From positions 1-39,617 of the forward strand of contig CALVHK010000001.1 of NCBI GenBank assembly GCA_944327405.1: a stretch of DNA of 39,617 nucleotides, given 5' to 3'. The notes beneath the pieces are model-generated. The model ran no database searches, was not told the DNA's origin, and was given only the letters and a program-made list of their open reading frames with translations. A program made the position numbers and the translations under genes. Positions 34,322 through 39,617 of this stretch are shown piece after piece. Source of the stretch: an uncultured Bacilli bacterium. Its GTDB lineage: Bacteria; Bacillota_I; Bacilli_A; RF39; UBA660. How positions within the stretch are numbered: position 1 is the first letter of the stretch; every line of letters starts with the position of its first letter.

Positions 34322-36069
34322 AAACCGTTCTCACATTCTTCGCCGCTTTCTTGTGGAGCTTCCGCGATTGTTATTGTAAATGATTGGCCGGCTACTACTC
34401 TTTGGGTAGTTGGTCTTGATTGACGAATAATCGTTCCTGGAGTTGCTTCACTTGTTTCTTCATAAGTGATTTCAACATTTAATTCATAGGTGTCTGCAAA
34501 ATCTTCAACATCATCAACTGTGTAACTTCCATCTGTAAAATCAGGATAATAAGTAACAATATTTGGAATATAAAGAGTAATATTAGTACCTGCTGATACT
34601 CTTTCACCTGCTTCAATAGATTGATCGATTATTTCACCATCTTCATAAGTATCCTCTTCTGTGTCCTCAACATCTCGACGTTCAATTAAAACATATAATC
34701 CTAAGGCTTCTAATCTTCCTTTTACCTCTAAATAACTTGACCCGGTATAATCTTCGATTTCAATTTGGGTGTCACCAATAGAGACATATAAAGTAATTGT
34801 TGTACCTTCTTTTCGCTCGCTTCCAACCGCTGGGCTCGTTCTAACCACTCTTCCTTCTTCAATCTCTGTTGAATCAATTTCACGAGTTTCGTCAGATACG
34901 GTAAATCCGGCATCTTGCAATGTATCAATTGCTTCACTTACAGTCATATTGGTTACATCAGGTACTTCTATAGATCCCCCTCCCGTTAAAAGAGGAATAA
35001 ATACGATTAATGCAGTGATTCCTACAACTAAACCAGTAAATATAAATGCTAATATGATTAATAATTTGTTTTGCTTTTTCAAATCGTCACCTGTTATTTT
35101 CTTGGCAATAACCTCACCTTTCTCTTCCTTTTCTTCATTTTTTTCCGTAGATTCTTTTTTACTTTCTTTTACCATTTTCATTATTTTGGCATCATCTGTA
35201 TCAGTTTCTGGATACTTGAAAGTAATTATTGGTTCATCACGTCTGGCATCATCTAAGCAGGTAAGTAAATCATCATGCATAACTCTCGCATCATTGTACC
35301 TGTTTTTCGGATTTTTAGCTGTTGACTTTTTGATGATATTAACAATGCTGTTAGGTACATTCGGCACTTTTTCTCTGATGTCAGGAATAGGTTCTTTTAA
35401 GTGTTTCAAAGCTATTTCAACCGCATTATCTCCCTTAAAGGGAAGTTCTCCAGTAATGAGTTCATACATCACAATTCCCATGGAATAAATATCACTTTGA
35501 AGAGTTGATCCTTGACCGCTTGCTTGTTCTGGTGGTAAATAATGAACGCTTCCCATTACTGAGTTGGTTTGTGTTAACTGAGTAGCATTCATAGCCATCG
35601 CAATTCCAAAGTCCGTAATTTTAACAAGTCCGTTTTCTAAAATCATGATATTTTGAGGTTTGATATCACGATGGATGATATAGGAGTCATGTGCGGAGGC
35701 CATACCATCGGTTATTTGCAGCATGATGTCGACAGCTTCACTGAGTGTTAGTTTTCCACGTTTCTTGAGTAAATTCTTTAAGTGTTTGCCTTCGATATAC
35801 TCCATAACAATATAGTATTCGCCATTATCTTCACCAACATCGTAAACTTCAACGATATTAGGATGAGAAAGACTAGAAGCTGATAGCGCTTCTCTTTGGA
35901 AACGACGCACGAATTTTTCATCATTAGATAAATCTCCACGCAGCACCTTTACTGCTACATTACGATCTAATATGGTGTCATAAGCTAGATAAACATTCGC
36001 CATTCCACCTTCACCAATTGACTTGATAATTTGGTAACGATCACTAATCTTTTGCCCTTTCATTATCAT
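34315..36069 (-). CDS. prkC: Ser/Thr protein kinase with extracellular PASTA repeats
   Basis: 'HRDIKPQN' and 'DFGIA' are present, then a TM segment and three PASTA-like units. The start overlaps the stp stop (ATGA). Confidence 0.93.
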   Translation of the reverse strand: MIMKGQKISDRYQIIKSIGEGGMANVYLAYDTILDRNVAVKVLRGDLSNDEKFVRRFQREALSASSLSHPNIVEVYDVGEDNGEYYIVMEYIEGKHLKNLLKKRGKLTLSEAVDIMLQITDGMASAHDSYIIHRDIKPQNIMILENGLVKITDFGIAMAMNATQLTQTNSVMGSVHYLPPEQASGQGSTLQSDIYSMGIVMYELITGELPFKGDNAVEIALKHLKEPIPDIREKVPNVPNSIVNIIKKSTAKNPKNRYNDARVMHDDLLTCLDDARRDEPIITFKYPETDTDDAKIMKMVKESKKESTEKNEEKEEKGEVIAKKITGDDLKKQNKLLIILAFIFTGLVVGITALIVFIPLLTGGGSIEVPDVTNMTVSEAIDTLQDAGFTVSDETREIDSTEIEEGRVVRTSPAVGSERKEGTTITLYVSIGDTQIEIEDYTGSSYLEVKGRLEALGLYVLIERRDVEDTEEDTYEDGEIIDQSIEAGERVSAGTNITLYIPNIVTYYPDFTDGSYTVDDVEDFADTYELNVEITYEETSEATPGTIIRQSRPTTQRVVAGQSFTITIAEAPQESGEECENGLC

Positions 36070-36821
36070 GAGGCATTACTCCCTTCATTAATTTGTAAAT
36101 ATGCAATAGATATATTATCTGTACCCCCTCTAGCATTACATTTTCTGATTAATTTGCTTACTTTCTCTTCTATTTCTAGCTCTTCATCATTTAATACCTT
36201 TTCAATCTGTTCGCATGAAAGCATGTTGGTTAGGCCATCACTGCAAAGCAAGATACCATCAATATTCGAGTAATCAACAACATCGAAAATATCTAACTCT
36301 ACAGTACTCGCAGCCCCTAAAGCTTTCATTAATACATTTTTTTTGGGATGAAATTTAGCTTCTTCTTCTGTTAAGTTTCCGGCTTGAACAAGTAAGTTTA
36401 CTAAAGTGTGATCTTTTGTTACTTTGTGTAATTTTCCTTTTTTCATCACAAAGCCTGAAGAATCACCAATATTGCCGAAAATAAGATAATCATGCGTAAG
36501 GAGTGCTACTACAATCGTTGTTCCCATACCAACAGAATCAGGATTATTATTAGCGTATTCTAAAATGCTCTTGTTAATTTCATTCACTGTATCATTAAGC
36601 CAGTTAACTGCATCTAATTTAGAGCCAATACTAGATATTTTGTTAAACCTACTTCCTAAGGCTGTAATAGCCATGGAACTGGCAACTTCGCCCTTACGAT
36701 GTCCTCCCATTCCATCACAGACAATCATCAAATATTCATTACTCGCATTTTTCAAAATTGTAACAGAATCTTCGTTGTGAGTTCTGATTTTTCCTGTATC
36801 TGTTAAATAAAATGATTTCAT
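36066..36821 (-). CDS. stp: PP2C-family Ser/Thr phosphatase
   Basis: 'CDGMGGH', 'GDS' and 'SDGL' motifs are present. It is paired with prkC. Confidence 0.9.
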   Translation of the reverse strand: MKSFYLTDTGKIRTHNEDSVTILKNASNEYLMIVCDGMGGHRKGEVASSMAITALGSRFNKISSIGSKLDAVNWLNDTVNEINKSILEYANNNPDSVGMGTTIVVALLTHDYLIFGNIGDSSGFVMKKGKLHKVTKDHTLVNLLVQAGNLTEEEAKFHPKKNVLMKALGAASTVELDIFDVVDYSNIDGILLCSDGLTNMLSCEQIEKVLNDEELEIEEKVSKLIRKCNARGGTDNISIAYLQINEGSNAS

Positions 36822-37837
36822 TCGCTTCGTCTCCCTCTTAATTGACCACAGGCAGCATCAATGTTTCGTCCAAATTCTTTCCTGATTGTCACATTAATCC
36901 CTTCTTTTTTAAGTGTATCATAAAATGCTTTTATTCTATTTTTACTGCTTCTTTTAAATTCTAAATGATTTGTTTCGTTATAAGGAATTAAATTTACATA
37001 AATATTCATTCCTTTAAACAGATGAGCTAATTCTTTAGCGTCATCGATACTATCATTTACATTATTAAGCATAACATATTCTATCGTTACTCGTCTACTT
37101 GTAACTTGTAAAAAATCGCGAATTGCCTTAATTAATGCATCAATACTATACACTTTATTTACAGGCATGAGCTTACTCCTTAGTTCATCAGTGGGAGCAT
37201 GAAAGGAAATGGCTAAATTAATAGGTATTCCTATGTGAGATAAGTCGTAAATCTTGGGTACTAAGCCACAAGTGGAAACAGTGATATGTCTAGCACCAAT
37301 TTTAAGTCCTTTGGCATCGTTGATAATCTTGATGAAATTAACGATATTATCATAGTTATCTAGGGGCTCTCCGATTCCCATGATGACAACACTGTTAATT
37401 TTTAAACCCAAATCTTTTTCAATCGCTAGTATTTGCTCGACCATTTCATAAGTATCTAGATTGCGAACCTTTTTTAGACGTCCGGATTCACAAAAACGAC
37501 ATCCCATATTGCAGCCTACTTGACTAGATACACAAATGCTTACTCCATAATCATGATGCATTACAACAGCTTCAATAAATTCGTTGTCATGAAGACGAAA
37601 TAAATACTTTTCGGTTAGATCGGCGACTTGTTTTTTCTCAATCTGAATAAAGTCAGTTGTAAAATCATTTTTTAGCTTATCTCGTACTTCTTTTTTAATA
37701 TTACTGAATTCATCGATATTAAAAACTCTTTGCTCGTATAACCATTCATATACTTGTAAGGCTTTATATTTTTTCTCACCAATACTTAAAAAGTATTTTT
37801 CTAAATCATCTCTTGTTATACCAAATAAATTAGGCAT
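36818..37837 (-). CDS. rlmN: 23S rRNA/tRNA (adenine-C2)-methyltransferase RlmN (radical SAM)
   Basis: The 'GCNMGCRFCESG' CxxxCxxC cluster and the C-terminal 'DAACGQL' are present. Confidence 0.93.
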   Translation of the reverse strand: MPNLFGITRDDLEKYFLSIGEKKYKALQVYEWLYEQRVFNIDEFSNIKKEVRDKLKNDFTTDFIQIEKKQVADLTEKYLFRLHDNEFIEAVVMHHDYGVSICVSSQVGCNMGCRFCESGRLKKVRNLDTYEMVEQILAIEKDLGLKINSVVIMGIGEPLDNYDNIVNFIKIINDAKGLKIGARHITVSTCGLVPKIYDLSHIGIPINLAISFHAPTDELRSKLMPVNKVYSIDALIKAIRDFLQVTSRRVTIEYVMLNNVNDSIDDAKELAHLFKGMNIYVNLIPYNETNHLEFKRSSKNRIKAFYDTLKKEGINVTIRKEFGRNIDAACGQLRGRRSE

Positions 37838-38522
37838 TACGATTCACCTCAAAGTTTAATTCATAACGAATGGTTCCTAAAGTGTTTTCAATGATTATAC
37901 TTGTAATAGCTTCATTTAGAGCATTTACAGTATAAGTATATGTAGTATCATTGGTGGTATAACCATTTGAGGTTTTATTAAAACCTAAGGCATTCATCGT
38001 ATTAAATAGGTTTTCTAAATCGAGGAGACTCGAGTCTAGGCCGAGGTAGAAGTCTGCTTGTGGTAGGCGTTCCTCTCCGTTTACTTGGTATGTTCCGGTC
38101 TCATCAATGTAATAACGTATAATACTATCCCCTTCTGTTTTATATCCTTCTTCATAAGTGTCATATTTGGTACCATCAAATAGGAAGCGGGTGTTATCAA
38201 CAGTAATATTATATTCATAATCATAATTTGCCGTCAATAGATCTTGGAATAATTCCTCAACTGTTTTTTCTTCTACTACATCTTGAGGAGTTTCTAAAGT
38301 ATTTTCTCCTTCTTCTTCATTTGATGGAGAGTTTGTATCTCTTAAATTATTATTGTTTATCATTGATGCAATAAAGAGGAAAATGAATAGAATGCCAAAA
38401 AAGATGGCCCAATAAATAAGTTTTAGGTAAGCTCTACCTTTAGAAGTAGACTTCATCTTCTCACGCCATAATTTAAATTTGCTTGGTGTTTTTTTTGACT
38501 CAACTTTTTTCATGCAACTCAT
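37830..38522 (-). CDS. hypothetical membrane-anchored protein (230 aa)
   Basis: A basic N-terminus and one TM helix ('YWAIFFGILFIFLFIASM') are followed by an acidic linker and an extracytoplasmic domain rich in Y, T and N. It is translationally coupled on both sides: an ATGA overlap with fmt and an 8-nt overlap with rlmN. Confidence 0.6.
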   Translation of the reverse strand: MSCMKKVESKKTPSKFKLWREKMKSTSKGRAYLKLIYWAIFFGILFIFLFIASMINNNNLRDTNSPSNEEEGENTLETPQDVVEEKTVEELFQDLLTANYDYEYNITVDNTRFLFDGTKYDTYEEGYKTEGDSIIRYYIDETGTYQVNGEERLPQADFYLGLDSSLLDLENLFNTMNALGFNKTSNGYTTNDTTYTYTVNALNEAITSIIIENTLGTIRYELNFEVNRNA

Positions 38523-39436
38523 CCTATCTTACTATTTAATAATTTTTCATGACTGATTCCATTTAGATAATCTTTGGCTGTCATTTCTTTTTTGCCAAAT
38601 GGTTTTAATTTCGTTATATAATAAATTTTATCACTACAAGCAATGCCAATGGCATCTTTTTTCAAACTAATACTTCCTATATTCATATTCGTATTTTCAC
38701 CAACATAGCCATCCAGTACTTTAATCTCTTCATTATTTAAGAGGAAATAAGTTCGTGGATATAATGCTCTTACTTGATTAAATACTTCTATTCCTGTTTG
38801 GTGAAAATCTATATGTTCTTCTTCTCTTTTAATTGTTGGGGCATAAGTTGCTTGAGTATTATCCTGCTTTATTCTTGGATTCGTTTCATTTATGATACTA
38901 GGCAAAACACTTTCAAGCAGGCTTGCACCAAGATGACTTAACTTTTCATGCATCGTTATAATATTATCACTACTTTCAATAGGAATTTTTTGGGATAAAA
39001 TTATATCTCCTGTATCCATTGCCTCATCCATATACATAATAGTTATGCCTGTTTCTTCTTCTCCATTCATGATCGCATGCTCAATTGGAGCTCCACCACG
39101 ATATTTAGGCAGTAAGGATGCATGAATATTAATACAGCCAAGACGAGGAATATCTAGTACTTCTTTCGGTAAGATTTGACCGTAAGCACAGGTTACAATT
39201 AAATCAGGATCAGCATCTTTAACTCTTTCATAATCCAGTCTAATCTTAGAAGGTTGAAAAACTGGTATTCCATTTCCCATTGCTTTCACCTTTACTGGGG
39301 ATGGGGTTAGTATTTTCTTTCTCCCCACATATTTATCAGGCTGGGTTACAACTAGAGCCACCTCTGTATTTTTTATTAATACTTCAAGGGGAGCAACGGC
39401 AAACTCAGGAGTCCCCATAAACACAGTTTTAATCAC
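38519..39436 (-). CDS. fmt: methionyl-tRNA formyltransferase
   Basis: 'FMGTPEFA' and 'HASLLPKYRGGAPI' are present. I chose the GTG at 39436 (GGTGA RBS), which gives 'MIKTVFMGTPEF'. The ORF-track TTG start at 39448 is less likely. Confidence 0.9.
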   Translation of the reverse strand: MIKTVFMGTPEFAVAPLEVLIKNTEVALVVTQPDKYVGRKKILTPSPVKVKAMGNGIPVFQPSKIRLDYERVKDADPDLIVTCAYGQILPKEVLDIPRLGCINIHASLLPKYRGGAPIEHAIMNGEEETGITIMYMDEAMDTGDIILSQKIPIESSDNIITMHEKLSHLGASLLESVLPSIINETNPRIKQDNTQATYAPTIKREEEHIDFHQTGIEVFNQVRALYPRTYFLLNNEEIKVLDGYVGENTNMNIGSISLKKDAIGIACSDKIYYITKLKPFGKKEMTAKDYLNGISHEKLLNSKIG

Positions 39437-39507
39437 AATAATCACCAATATTATTCTATCAAAAAAAGTGAGTTTCGTCTATACCCACTAGTTAAGAAAA
39501 TTGTAAG

Positions 39508-39617
39508 TGAACGGTAGTGAACAGCACTGAACAGCACTGAACTGAACTGAACTGAACTGAACTGAACTGAACTGAACTGAACTGAACTGAACTGAACTGA
39601 ACTGAACTGAACTGAAC
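39508..39617. repeat. pentanucleotide tandem array: (TGAAC)16 preceded by degenerate 10-nt units, running off the window end
   Basis: TGAAC-GGTAG-TGAAC-AGCAC-TGAAC-AGCAC, then 16 perfect TGAAC units (39538-39617). The window ends inside the array. Confidence 0.9.

Noticed and set aside
34769-35488. 239-aa plus-strand ORF, the longest plus-strand ORF in the track
   Set aside because: It lies entirely antisense within prkC. Its composition is low-complexity and rich in S, F, I and L, which is typical of a shadow frame of an A/T-rich gene. It has no RBS or promoter.

Overview
This is a 39.6-kb chromosomal window from a low-GC Bacillota-type genome. Gene content suggests a Bacilli or Erysipelotrichales-like organism, but that is inference. 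Every credible gene (about 31) is on the minus strand, and all plus-strand ORFs in the track look like shadow ORFs. Most of the window is housekeeping: ppdK, nrnA and ackA; a reduced division/cell-wall cluster (PBP2B-type transpeptidase, mraY, ftsW); a 1287-aa surface protein; ezrA, a SEC-C protein and lepB; a CIRCE-controlled hrcA-grpE-dnaK-pepF-dnaJ operon; mutS; and an fmt - unknown - rlmN - stp - prkC - rsgA - rpe operon. Two accessory patches stand out. The first (962-1587) is a complete type III RNA-protein toxin-antitoxin locus: promoter, 2.1 copies of a 49-nt repeat, terminator, then a ToxN/AbiQ/CptN-like toxin. The second (11608-15642) is an island of about 4 kb. It holds an AbiEi/AbiEii module flanked by a duplicated 34-bp terminator sequence, a translationally coupled bacterial-PH + CYTH-like gene pair that I cannot assign to any named system (my best candidate for an undescribed system), and a DUF4143-type AAA ATPase with a PD-(D/E)xK-like tail. 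Other points are an orphan near-consensus promoter driving a structured RNA of about 105 nt between rpe and the next gene, a (TGAAC)16 pentanucleotide array at the window end, and several ORF-track starts that the promoter, RBS or CIRCE positions show to be over-extended. I found no rRNA, tRNA, CRISPR, transposase or integrase.
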